Shown here: piece after piece, positions 1 to 9,100 of the stretch
How positions within the stretch are numbered: position 1 is the stretch's first letter
Layout: each line of letters starts with the position of its first letter
NCBI GenBank assembly: GCA_942492815.1
Contig: OW818658.1
Span: 3,862,059-3,926,058 of the forward strand
Direction of reading: 5' to 3'
Length of the DNA: 64,000 bases
Source: Candidatus Hydrogenedentales bacterium
Lineage (GTDB): Bacteria; Hydrogenedentota; Hydrogenedentia; Hydrogenedentales; JAEUWI01
Position numbers and translations under genes: made by a program
The notes under the pieces: model-generated
Seen by the model: the letters and a program-made list of their open reading frames with translations, nothing else
What the model was told of the DNA's origin: nothing
Database searches by the model: none

Positions 1-2
1 GA

Positions 3-413
3 AATCGCTACTGGTACCGTCACCTGCACCGGCTGGTGCCGGAAGTGGAGACCCTGGCGCTGCGCGCGCGAAAGTCCCAGGGAGAAATTGCTCTGTCTCA
101 CGGGACTACCCGATTGATCGAGGCTATCGACGCCAAGGCCGATGAACTGAGTGTGCTTCGGGCCACGCGCGCCCTGGCAGCGAGGGCCACAGCGGTCAAG
201 CGCGACATTGAAGCGCAGATGAACAGCGTGGTGCTGCTGGTGGAATACGGGGATCACGAGGACCCCGCCGACGCCCTTGATCGCGCCCTGCGCCAGCACT
301 TGCCGGCGCTGTTCGGTATCGAAAAGGCCGTGGAAGATATCGTCGGCGACGATCTTCTACCTCTCGTGCGCCGTGTGCTGCCGGTGGGCTCCGAGATTAT
401 GCCCCTCATCTGA
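3..413 (+). CDS. hypothetical protein, probable C-terminal fragment of a gene starting upstream of the window
   Basis: Reading frame is open from position 3 through the stop at 411-413; the listed ORF 36..413 is only its first ATG. No recognisable motifs. It overlaps nothing on the + strand and is convergent with the DUF4280 gene. Confidence 0.3.
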   Translation, partial: NRYWYRHLHRLVPEVETLALRARKSQGEIALSHGTTRLIEAIDAKADELSVLRATRALAARATAVKRDIEAQMNSVVLLVEYGDHEDPADALDRALRQHLPALFGIEKAVEDIVGDDLLPLVRRVLPVGSEIMPLI

Positions 414-433
414 ACATTGCCACCGGACAACCT

Positions 434-823
434 TCAGGCGATGGTTTCTTTCTTCACGCCGGGATCTACGATTGAGATGCTGCCGCCGAAGGCACACGTG
501 CACTTGCTGGTGTTGTTCAGCGCGGGCAATTTGCCCACCGTAACCGTGCCGCTGCCGGGTGCCCAGGGGGCGGGAATCACAGGAACGCACGGCATGGGCG
601 TGAGCACCCCCAAGGCGGCGGCGGTCGCCGAAGCCACCGTGGGATTGGAGGGGGTAATGCAGTTCCCGAAACCGGTGATGTTCTTCATCGGCACGAAATC
701 CATGATGTTCGCCGCGGGAACGCCCTCCATGGTAACCATGCTGGCGGGAGGTACGATCAAGCTGCACGGGGCGGTACCCATGGTGCAAAGCAGTTTCGCG
801 CCGTTTACGACGGGCATGGCCAT
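434..823 (-). CDS. DUF4280 (PAAR-like) domain protein, likely T6SS spike-tip protein
   Basis: Translation MPVVNGAKLLCTMGTAPCSLIVPPASMVTMEGVPAANIMDFVPMKNITGFGNCITPSNP..LTPMPCVPVIPAPWAPGSGTV...SKCTCAFGGSISI matches the DUF4280 hallmark (VxxGAxLxCxxGTAPxxL ... NIxxFGxC ... PC.P...PW.PGS ... SKC.C..GG.I.I). The overlapping + ORF 417..911 has no features and is judged a shadow. Confidence 0.7.
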   Translation of the reverse strand: MAMPVVNGAKLLCTMGTAPCSLIVPPASMVTMEGVPAANIMDFVPMKNITGFGNCITPSNPTVASATAAALGVLTPMPCVPVIPAPWAPGSGTVTVGKLPALNNTSKCTCAFGGSISIVDPGVKKETIA

Positions 824-1136
824 GGCGGGTATCTCCTGTGGGTTTCTGGACTCGAAAAATTATACGAAAGCCTTGCCCGCAGTACAAGGCGCCGTCACGC
901 GGCGTGGATGAAGGCCTCGATATCGGCGTCGGGTACGTTTGGCCCCTGATTGAAGTGGGCAAGCCTGGGGCGTCTCCTGATGCGAACATGACACTGTATC
1001 TCATCCTCCTGCCAATGCCTGAGGTGCGGGAGTGACCGGTCCGCAATTTGACGCTCTTCTTTTGCAATGGTCTTCATGTTCCAGTAGCATTGGGCGGTAT
1101 CAGGCCCGGCCGTTTTGCAGATGGAGTATTGGTCTC

Positions 1137-2264
1137 ATGCGTGATGACATACCCGGAAGGCCGATTCGCTTCGTCATGCTCGGCGGATTTCTTGGTGCGG
1201 GAAAGACCACGGCGCTGCTACGCCTGGCCCAACACTATGCGCGCCTGAACCTGCGCGTGGGAATCATTACCAACGATCAGGCCGAGGGCCTTGTGGATAC
1301 CCTGACCTTTCGTGCGGCCGGGCTCACCACGGAGGAGATCCCATCGGGCTGCTTTTGCTGCCACTTCGAGAAGCTGCTGGAGGCTTCCGGGCGCCTGGCC
1401 GATGGACTGCATCCGGATGTGATTCTGGCGGAGCCCGTGGGGAGCTGTACGGATCTGGTCAATGCGGTCATCACGCCACTGCGCAAGCTCTACACGGATC
1501 GCTTCTCGGTCGCGCCTTACGCCGTGGTACTGGACCCCGAGCGCGCTCTGGAGGCACTGACAGGTCGGGGCGCCCGCGGCTTTTCGAGTAAAGTCACCTA
1601 CATCTACAAGATGCAGCAGAACGAGGCCGACATCATCGCCGTAAACAAAGTGGACCGAATCACGCCGGTGGAACTGGATACGGTGATGCGCCTGGTGCGC
1701 CAGAATTTTCCGAACGCCGCCCATCTGGCCGTCTCGGCGCGGACGGGCGAAGGGTTCGACGAGCTCACGGAATTGATCGATGGCCATGGCGCTTCCGGGC
1801 GGCATCCGGCGACCGTAGACTATGCGATTTACACTGAGGGCGAAGCGGCGCTGGGCTGGCTGAATGCGCGGGTGAATTTGTCCGGGGATGTGGCGTGGGA
1901 CGGCGACGCGGCCCTGGAATTGCTGGCGAGGCGGGTTCACGAGTCTCTGGTGGCCGCGGGTGCGGAGGTTGCGCATTTCAAGATGCGGCTGCTCGATGGC
2001 GCGCGGGAAGCGGGTATTCATGCCACCAGCAATCTGCGCGGCTGTGAAGTGGTCCGTCGGCTGGATGGGTCACTCGTTGACGGAAACCTGGTGGTGAATC
2101 TGCGGGCGGAAGCGGGCCCCGATACAATCGAGCAGATTTTCCTGGAGGCGATTGATGCTGTTGCCGCCGAACGCGGGTTGACGCATGAGGTGGTATCCCT
2201 GGAGGCCTTCGCGCCGAGCCCGCCCGTCCCGCCACCACCGAGTCGGAACACCGTGCGGGTATAG
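1137..2264 (+). CDS. COG0523 / CobW-family G3E GTPase (putative zinc metallochaperone)
   Basis: Walker A GFLGAGKTT, conserved GCFCC metal-binding motif (CxCC), downstream NKVD G4-like motif (the NKxD nucleotide-specificity motif), and a C-terminal CobW_C-like domain. Start chosen at MRDDIPGRPIRFVMLGG (internal ATG of ORF 1032..2264). Confidence 0.8.
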   Translation: MRDDIPGRPIRFVMLGGFLGAGKTTALLRLAQHYARLNLRVGIITNDQAEGLVDTLTFRAAGLTTEEIPSGCFCCHFEKLLEASGRLADGLHPDVILAEPVGSCTDLVNAVITPLRKLYTDRFSVAPYAVVLDPERALEALTGRGARGFSSKVTYIYKMQQNEADIIAVNKVDRITPVELDTVMRLVRQNFPNAAHLAVSARTGEGFDELTELIDGHGASGRHPATVDYAIYTEGEAALGWLNARVNLSGDVAWDGDAALELLARRVHESLVAAGAEVAHFKMRLLDGAREAGIHATSNLRGCEVVRRLDGSLVDGNLVVNLRAEAGPDTIEQIFLEAIDAVAAERGLTHEVVSLEAFAPSPPVPPPPSRNTVRV

Positions 2265-2309
2265 GGGCGCATTGGCGTGTGCTTCGAGGGGAGTTCGAAG
2301 TTGTTCTTA

Positions 2310-2366
2310 TCCGTGCCAATCCGTGTCATCCGTGGTCTACATTTGTTTTGTTTCTGACCACGGATG
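2310..2366. repeat. palindromic REP/MITE-like hairpin repeat, family 1 (CCGTG x3 - GGTC - loop - GACCACGGATG), partial right arm
   Basis: atccgtgccaatccgtgtcatccgtggtc...gaccacggatgg. The left arm is nearly identical to the left arm at 29471-29497. Confidence 0.5.
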
Positions 2367-2607
2367 GCTTGGTGCAGCCTCAGGCCGCAACCAAATGTTT
2401 CACCACGAAGGCCACGAAGAGCACGAAGAAGAAAGAGGGAAGGAAGCGTTCCGCAACTATGATTCCCCCCCTGCAGTCCAAGCAAGACCTGATTGAACTC
2501 GCACCCCAATTGTCTTTGCGACTTCGAGCGTTTGCGTGGAAGCCATCAGGAAGAATGCATACCAAGGGAGACTAAACGACCGCCGAAGTCCCTGCAACGC
2601 AGCAAAC

Positions 2608-2680
2608 TCTTTTCTCTTCGTGTTCTTCGTGCCTTCGTGGTCAAAAAAAGAGTATTGACCACGGAGGACACTGAGGCACG
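2608..2680. repeat. family 1 hairpin repeat, TTCGTG variant
   Basis: tcttcgtgttcttcgtgccttcgtggtcaa-aaaaagagta-ttgaccacggaggacactgaggcacggag. Also part of a larger inverted repeat with 2395-2440 (caccacgaaggccacgaagagcacgaagaagaaagag versus ctcttttctcttcgtgttcttcgtgccttcgtggtc). Confidence 0.5.
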
Positions 2681-2842
2681 GAGAATTGAATGGGGGATTG
2701 ATGCCCAAACCCAAAGATACCCTTCCATTACGACCGGCGTCCTCGCAACTCATTTTTTCTCCGCGCCTCCGTGGTCCAAATCGTTGGCCGCAACCAAAAG
2801 AGCTGAACCGCAAATTTACGCAGATTCTCGCAAATTAATGAA

Positions 2843-4179
2843 GGTTCCTCACAAGAATTTGTGCAGTAAAAAAGTTGAGATGCATGTCCTTCCCCCTGTA
2901 TTTCCAATGGTGTCAAAGCCTTGGAATAGACGGAGGACAGGACATGCAGTTGAAGAGTATCATTCGTTCGACTCTTGGAGTCAAACATCACATGGTCAAG
3001 GACGTGCGGGGTGACACGGGAGGCATCGATGTTTTCATGGAGCTTCGCTCGAAGCGCCGAGTTCCATGCGGCACTTGCGGGACGCTTGGCCGAGTGCGAG
3101 ATCGGCTGGCTGTACGCCATTGGCGGCACGTTCCGCTTTGGGGCATTGACGTGACACTTTCGTATGCGCCCGCTCGTGTCGATTGCGCGTGTTGCGGCAA
3201 GATTCGCGTGGAGGCTATTCCGTGGAGCCGAGGCAAGTGCCGGCTTTCGACGGGCCTGATCTGGCTGCTGGCCACATGGTGCAAGCTGCTTCCGTGGGAT
3301 CAGGTGGCACGGCTCTATGGCGTTCATTGGAACACGGTGGCGACCGCGGTCCGCGAGGCGGTAAGTTATGGACTCGCCCATCGCAAACTGGGTTCGGTGC
3401 TCTACATCGGCATCGACGAAATATCGCGCCGGAAGGGCCATGTCTACGTGACCAACGTCTATGACCTCGAAGAGAAACGGCTGCTCTGGTCGGGCGAGGG
3501 CCGCAGCAAGGAAACCCTTGAAGCCTTCTTCAAGGAGCACGGAGAAGCCCTTAAACAAAGCGTAAAAGCGGTTTGTTGCGACATGTGGACCCCCTACATA
3601 GACACGGTCAAGGCCCATCTTCCCGAGGCCACTCTGGTCTTCGACAAATTCCACATTGTCCAGCACCTGCTCAAAGCCGTCGACGAGGTTCGGCGCGACG
3701 AAGCGCGCGAACTGAAGAAAAGCAACCCGGAACTGCTCAAGCGGACCCGGTTCATTTGGTTGAGAAACCCGGAGAACCTCACGGACAAGCAACGGGCGCG
3801 CCTGGGGCATCTGGAAAAGCTCAATCTGCGATGCAACCGAGCCTATTTGCTCAAAGAAAGCTTTCGCGAGTTCTGGAACTACGAGCGCAAAGGCTGGGCC
3901 AGGAAGTACCTGAAAAAGTGGTTCTGGTGGGCGACCCATTCGAGGCTCCAACCCCTGCGCGATTTCGCCTGGATGCTGCGCAGACACGAAGACGGAATCC
4001 TAAACTACTTCGACGAACGAATCAGCAACGGGGCTGTAGAAGGCATGAACAACAAAGCAAAAGTCGTCAGCCATCGATGCTACGGATTCAGAACCGTGAA
4101 AACCTACATCACTGCGCTATACCATTGCCTCGGGAAGCTCCCAGAGCCTGAAACTATGCACAGATTCTTGTGAGGAGCC
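2843..4179 (+). mobile_element. ISL3-family insertion sequence (1337 bp) with 23-bp imperfect terminal inverted repeats and 8-bp target site duplication TTAATGAA
   Basis: Left inverted repeat ggttcctcacaagaatttgtgca (2843-2865). Right inverted repeat tgcacagattcttgtgaggagcc (4157-4179), which is the reverse complement with 2 mismatches. Direct repeats ttaatgaa at 2835-2842 and 4180-4187. A single transposase ORF fills the element. An uninterrupted paralog of the flanking sequence at 13.70-13.80 kb reconstructs the empty site. Confidence 0.8.
2944..4173 (+). CDS. ISL3-family transposase (zf-ISL3 N-terminus plus DDE_Tnp_ISL3)
   Basis: The N-terminus MQLKSIIRSTLGVKHHMVKDV is typical of ISL3 transposases. 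Cys-rich zinc-finger region (CGTCGT...CACCG), then a long DDE region (IGIDEISRRKGHVYVTNVYDLE...). The stop falls inside the right inverted repeat, as is common for ISL3. Confidence 0.85.
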   Translation: MQLKSIIRSTLGVKHHMVKDVRGDTGGIDVFMELRSKRRVPCGTCGTLGRVRDRLAVRHWRHVPLWGIDVTLSYAPARVDCACCGKIRVEAIPWSRGKCRLSTGLIWLLATWCKLLPWDQVARLYGVHWNTVATAVREAVSYGLAHRKLGSVLYIGIDEISRRKGHVYVTNVYDLEEKRLLWSGEGRSKETLEAFFKEHGEALKQSVKAVCCDMWTPYIDTVKAHLPEATLVFDKFHIVQHLLKAVDEVRRDEARELKKSNPELLKRTRFIWLRNPENLTDKQRARLGHLEKLNLRCNRAYLLKESFREFWNYERKGWARKYLKKWFWWATHSRLQPLRDFAWMLRRHEDGILNYFDERISNGAVEGMNNKAKVVSHRCYGFRTVKTYITALYHCLGKLPEPETMHRFL

Positions 4180-4286
4180 TTAATGAAGAAGAAAATGAAA
4201 GAGATTTGAACCGCGAATAGACGCGAATATTCAGTTATCTTTTGCCTCTACGAATGGGGCCTTCCTGTAGTGTATTAAACATGTTC

Positions 4287-4363
4287 GTTTCCGTGAATTT
4301 CCGTGCCCTTCCTTGGTCAACAGCGGAGGATTGACCACAGAAGAGCACGGATGGACACGGATG
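4287..4363. repeat. family 1 hairpin repeat
   Basis: ttccgtgaatttccgtgcccttccttggtcaa-cagcggagga-ttgaccacagaagagcacggatggacacggatg: triple CCGTG left arm and triple CACGG right arm. Confidence 0.5.
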
Positions 4364-4512
4364 AGTGTATGGGAACTTCGATGAGGTTCACGTCCCGCTT
4401 CCAGTATCCACTGGGACATGCCGCCGCGTTGCCGTGTGCTTCGTTGGACCAGGTGGCGGCGGGGCTTGAGGTCTGCCGCTTAGTGTTGGGGGCCCGTGCG
4501 GCGGTACGTCCC

Positions 4513-6153
4513 TCAGCCGCCCTGGAGCGTCGTGCGGAATTGCTTTCGCTGGCCATCGCGATAGACGCTGAGTACAACGGTTTCGAAGGGATTGGTTTCG
4601 ATCAGATGATCGAGATCCTGACTGTTGAGCACGTCGGCCCCATCGAACTTGTAGATGAAGTCTCCCTGCTGAAGCCCGCTCTGCTGGGCGGGAGCGTCCT
4701 TGTAGCAGGAGAGGATGACGGCCCCGTACTGTTCCGGCCAGCCCTTGGCCGCACGCAGTGCGGCTTCCGTGGGATCGCCCTCCAACTGGGCGACGTGGGA
4801 AGGGTCGTCGTGATAGATACCGAGATAGCCCTCGGGCGCGCGATCACCGCCCTGCTTACGGAAGGTGACGGGGAACCATTCGTCGGTGGGGACGCCGTTT
4901 ACCTTGGGGCGGGCGTGACGCCAGCGACGCCGGCCCTGGGCGTCGCGACCGTCGAGGGTGAGTTCATAGTCCTCGTAGGCGAATTTGGAGTCCTTGTCCG
5001 CATGGAAGGTGGGAATGATACTCCCCTTCTTCCGCGAGAACATCTGGAGTGCGGAGAGGGTGTAGCGCCGCGAGAACTTCAGCGTGAAGTCGTGGACCGA
5101 GGCATCGACGATTTCCAGTTCCTTCTCGCCGGAATACACGCGCAGGGTCCACTTGCCGTCGGTATTCATGAGTTCGAAGCCGAGTTCGCCGTCCTCGCCA
5201 TAAATGAACTGGCGGTACTCTCCGGCGAGTTTGATGGCCCGATCTTCATCGCCCTGGCGGGCATGAGCATTCTTGTAGTAATAGAGGGCGATTTCGTTTT
5301 TGGGGTCGAGGTAGAGGGCCTGGAGCATGGTGTAGAGGCAGCGGGTGTACTGGGCGGATTCGTACTGCTTCTCGCCCTGATGAAGGAGAAGCTCGAGACC
5401 CCGCTTCTGGTAGTCCTCCTTGCGGATGTTTTCCGTGGCGCGGGTTTTCAGCAGGGCCATGTTGTCCTGTCGCGCGGTCTCGCGCTCGGATTCCGCTTTC
5501 TCCCGCCAGCCCTCGGACTGCATTTCCCGAATGGTGCGCAGCCCGATATCGGTCATTTCACCGCGCTGGATGTCTACCATGATGTGGGTGGTCTGGTTGG
5601 GCTGGATGCTGATGATTTCCTTGTGCTCTACGCCCATGGCGGAGAAGGTGGCCAGGTAGCGGCCGGCGCGCACGCCGTTGGTGGTCCACCGGTCCTGAGT
5701 CTTGACGATTTCCTCATCATTGCCGGTGAGCCCCACGCCGAAGAGCGTTACGAGGCACTCGACGGGAATGGTCTGGATTACCAGACTGCCCGTGCCGCGG
5801 GCGATCTCCTCGTTCTCATCGGACTCGGGTTCCAGCGCCGCTTCCATCTTGCCCGCTTCGAAGCGGTAGACCTGATCGGCTTCCAGGAGAAAGGTGTCGC
5901 TGTTCTGCGGCTGATAGGTGTCTTTTTCGATCCGCACCACGTGGGGGCCGACGGGCACCTGGCGCAGGAAAAGGCCGTTCACATCGGACACGCCGACGAA
6001 CTTGTTGTCGAGAAAGACCTTGATGTCGGCTTCGCAACGGACCTCAATATGGCCGAAGCGCTCCTGGGCACGGGCTGCGGCCGCCGGCACGATGATGCCG
6101 ATCAAGAGGATCAGGGCCCCTAACACGGGCTTATATCTGTCGAAGGGCATCAT
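4513..6153 (-). CDS. secreted protein with two PEGA domains, a TPR-like middle region and a C-terminal PDZ domain
   Basis: N-terminal signal peptide MMPFDRYKPVLGALILLIGIIVPAAAARA. PEGA-like blocks (GHIEVRCEADIKVFLDNKFVG...VRIEKDTY, and GSLVIQTIPVECLVTLFGVGL...AGRYLATFSAMG). C-terminal PDZ-like segment (GAVILSCYKDAPAQQSGLQQGDFIYKFDGADVLNSQDL). Starts 32 bp downstream of the PKD lipoprotein gene stop, so it is likely co-transcribed. Confidence 0.65.
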   Translation of the reverse strand: MMPFDRYKPVLGALILLIGIIVPAAAARAQERFGHIEVRCEADIKVFLDNKFVGVSDVNGLFLRQVPVGPHVVRIEKDTYQPQNSDTFLLEADQVYRFEAGKMEAALEPESDENEEIARGTGSLVIQTIPVECLVTLFGVGLTGNDEEIVKTQDRWTTNGVRAGRYLATFSAMGVEHKEIISIQPNQTTHIMVDIQRGEMTDIGLRTIREMQSEGWREKAESERETARQDNMALLKTRATENIRKEDYQKRGLELLLHQGEKQYESAQYTRCLYTMLQALYLDPKNEIALYYYKNAHARQGDEDRAIKLAGEYRQFIYGEDGELGFELMNTDGKWTLRVYSGEKELEIVDASVHDFTLKFSRRYTLSALQMFSRKKGSIIPTFHADKDSKFAYEDYELTLDGRDAQGRRRWRHARPKVNGVPTDEWFPVTFRKQGGDRAPEGYLGIYHDDPSHVAQLEGDPTEAALRAAKGWPEQYGAVILSCYKDAPAQQSGLQQGDFIYKFDGADVLNSQDLDHLIETNPFETVVLSVYRDGQRKQFRTTLQGG

Positions 6154-6184
6154 CTATCGCCTGCTGAGGTTTGGTGGGCGTGAA

Positions 6185-9100
6185 TCATGGCACGCTGAGG
6201 TCCGGGTTGAGACGTAGCAGGTAGTCACGCCCTTCGGTCTCGCTGATATCATCGACCGTGAGAACCAAGCTTCCATCGGGACTCTCGTCGATGTCGACGG
6301 CCTCGTCGTCATGGGGGCCGCCATGCCAGGTTAAGATCTCGTTCTCGCCGAGCGCGTCCGTGGTGAGCACAAGCGCGTCGAAGCCTCCGTGGGAGCCTGG
6401 GGAACTGCTGGCGCCCGCAAGGGCCAGGCCGTTGCCGCGCAGCTCGACCACGGCATTGGCCCGGTCATCGCCTGTTCCGCCGAATTCGCGAGCCCACAGA
6501 AGTTCGCCGACGCCATCGACCTTAAGCAGCAGGGCACTGGAATCCGGTCCATCGCCCACGCTGGACTCGCCGACAATGACATAGCCGCCGTCGCGAGTCG
6601 CCGCCAGGCCAAGACCCTGCTGATCACCTGCACCGCCAAAATAGCGGGGCCAGCCCGGTAGCGCCTTTGCCTCCGCGTCCGTCGCGACCAGGATGACGTC
6701 GAGCCCGTTCTCACCGCCCGTGTCGGCGGTACCCACGAGCATGTAGCCACCGGGGACCGGGATCCAGGCATGGCCGGTATCGCTCTCGCGACCGTCGAAC
6801 CAGGCCGTCAGGGGGTTGATACCGACGTTGATGGTGATGGCGGAACTGCGGGCCGAGCCCAGTTCCGTGGCAATTTGGAGGGTCACGTCGTAGGTGCCCG
6901 GTGCTTCATAGGTGTGGCTCCCTGTGCTGTCCGAGGTACCATCATCGTAATTCCAGGTTCTTCCAACGAGAGACAGCGTTCCCATCGCCGTTGTGTCGGT
7001 GAAGGACACCTTGAGCGGTGCGGTCCCTTCCGATTGATCGACGGTGAAGGTCGGTGCGGGCGGCACTTCCACCAAGCGCTCGACGGTACCGGACAGGGGA
7101 CCCAGTGATGTCAAGAGATCGAGGCCGACGTCATAGGCCCCAGGCGTATCATAGGCGTGTACAGGACTATCTTCCGCGCTCGCTTCCGAACCATCGCCGA
7201 AATTCCAGACGCGCCCGAGAACGGTCGCCTCGCCAACGTCGGTTGCATCCACAAAACTCACGGCGCCGTTTTCGTCACTCTTCCCGTCAACTACACTGGC
7301 CACGATTTTGATGATGGGCGTGGCGACGATGGCATCCTGATCGACGAAGGTCCGGTTGCCCTGGGCCGTCGTCACGGTCAGGCTCACGTCGAAGCTGCCA
7401 CCCGTAGTGTAAGTGTGAAAAGGATTCTGGTCGGTGGAGGCCGCCGTGCCGTCGCCAAAGTCCCAGGAGTAACCCGTGATGGTGAGGGAACCCGGATCGG
7501 TCGCATCGGTAAACTGGACAGAAAGCGGCGCGGCGCCGCTGCTGACATCGGTGGTGAACGCCACCACGGGTGCGACCTGAATATAATCCGCGACGGTGGT
7601 GGTCACGACGCCCTGACTCGTAGTCAGCGTCAGTGTGACATCGTAGTTTCCGGGATCGGTATAGGCATGAATCGGGCTCGCCGCTTCGCTGGTGGTGCCA
7701 TCGCCGAAATCCCAGAGTCGGCCTGTAATGGTGAGTCCGCCGAGATCGGTAAGATTCGTGAACGCGGTCGTCAGGGGCGGCGGTCCCGAGGTGAGATTCG
7801 CCGAGAAGGCCGGAATCGGGCGCACCACGATCAGGTTGGACTGTGTTGCCGTCTGCGACCCCGCCGCGGTCGTCACGGTCAGGGTAACGGTGTAAGTACC
7901 CGGCTCCGTGTAGGTGTGAGAGGGATTGGCGGTCTGGCTCGTGGTTCCGTCGCCGAAGTTCCACAGGACGCCGATGGCGTCGAGGGAGCCCAACTCGGTC
8001 TCATCCGTAAAGTTGACTTGAAGGGTGCCGTCGCCCTGAACGACATTGGCGCTGAAGGCTGGCTGGGGGCGAACGATGATGAGGCCCGCCTTTGTCCGCG
8101 CATCGGTCTGGCCATCCAGGCTGGTCTGCAGCGTAAGGGTCACATCGTAGATGCCGGGTTCGCTGTAGATATGGACGGGACTGGCCTCGGTGCTGGCCGC
8201 GCTGCCGTCGCCAAAGTTCCACGAACGGGAGGTAACATTCAACGAGCCGACCGGAGTCGTGTCGACAAACGAAACGGACAGGCTTCCCGCGCCGGTGGTG
8301 GGCGACGCGGTGAAATTGACCGCGGGGCGGACCGTCAGGTAGGCGGATTTGGTTTCGGTATCACTGCCAACACTGGAGGAGGCCGTAAGAGACACTGTGT
8401 AGATGCCGGGGGTTGCGTAGACCTTGCTCGGGTTCTGCAGACCGCTTGTGGTGCCGTCGCCGAAGTCCCACTGCCAACCGGTAAGCGCCTCACTTCCGCT
8501 GGTGCTCTCGTCCGCAAAGAGCACGGTCAAGGGGGCGGAGCCGGTGGTGACGTTCGATGTGAAGTCTGTCGACGGCAACTGACGCACCGTGATATGGTTG
8601 GCCCTGGTGATGGTGCCGGTACCGGCGGCGGAGGTGACGGTGAGCTTTACGGTATACACGCCGGGCTGGTTGTAGGTCTTGGAGGGATTTTGCTGGGAGC
8701 TGCTCGTCCCATCGCCGAAGTCCCAGGCCCAGGTGGTTATCTCAGAGGAGCCGGGCGTGGACTGATCGGCGAAGACCACGGTCAAGGGGGCGGCACCGCT
8801 CGTAGGCGTTGCTGTGAAGGCGGCCACGGGCTTCTGCTCTACGGTGATGTAGTTTACCTGTGTCGCGGTATCGCTACCCACCGCCGTGGACACACCGAGA
8901 GTCACCGTGTAGCGTCCGGGCCGTGTGTACGAGTGGAAGGGGTTGCGATCCACGCTGGTGCTTCCGTCGCCGAAGTCCCACTGCCAACTGGTGATCGGAG
9001 CGGAGCCGGGATCGCTCAGGTCGGTGAATTGCACGGTCAGGGGCGCCTCGCCATTACGCGGCGTGGCGCTGAAAGCGGCGTCGGGCGATTGTTGGGCCGT

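Noticed and set aside
417-911. 164-aa + strand ORF overlapping the DUF4280 gene
   Set aside because: No recognisable motifs. It is the antisense shadow of a minus-strand gene with a strong DUF4280 signature.
2279-2870. Several 90-170-aa ORFs (2279..2575, 2457..2813, 2493..3014 and others) in the repeat island left of the IS
   Set aside because: The region is made of palindromic repeats and an IS-target element. The ORFs translate repeat sequence (for example HHEGHEEHEEE from cacgaaggccacgaagagcacgaagaa) and cross the IS inverted repeat.
4303-6123. 606-aa + strand ORF
   Set aside because: Antisense to the PEGA/PDZ gene, with Gly/Ala/Val-rich composition typical of GC-rich shadow frames. The sense gene has a signal peptide and domain structure.
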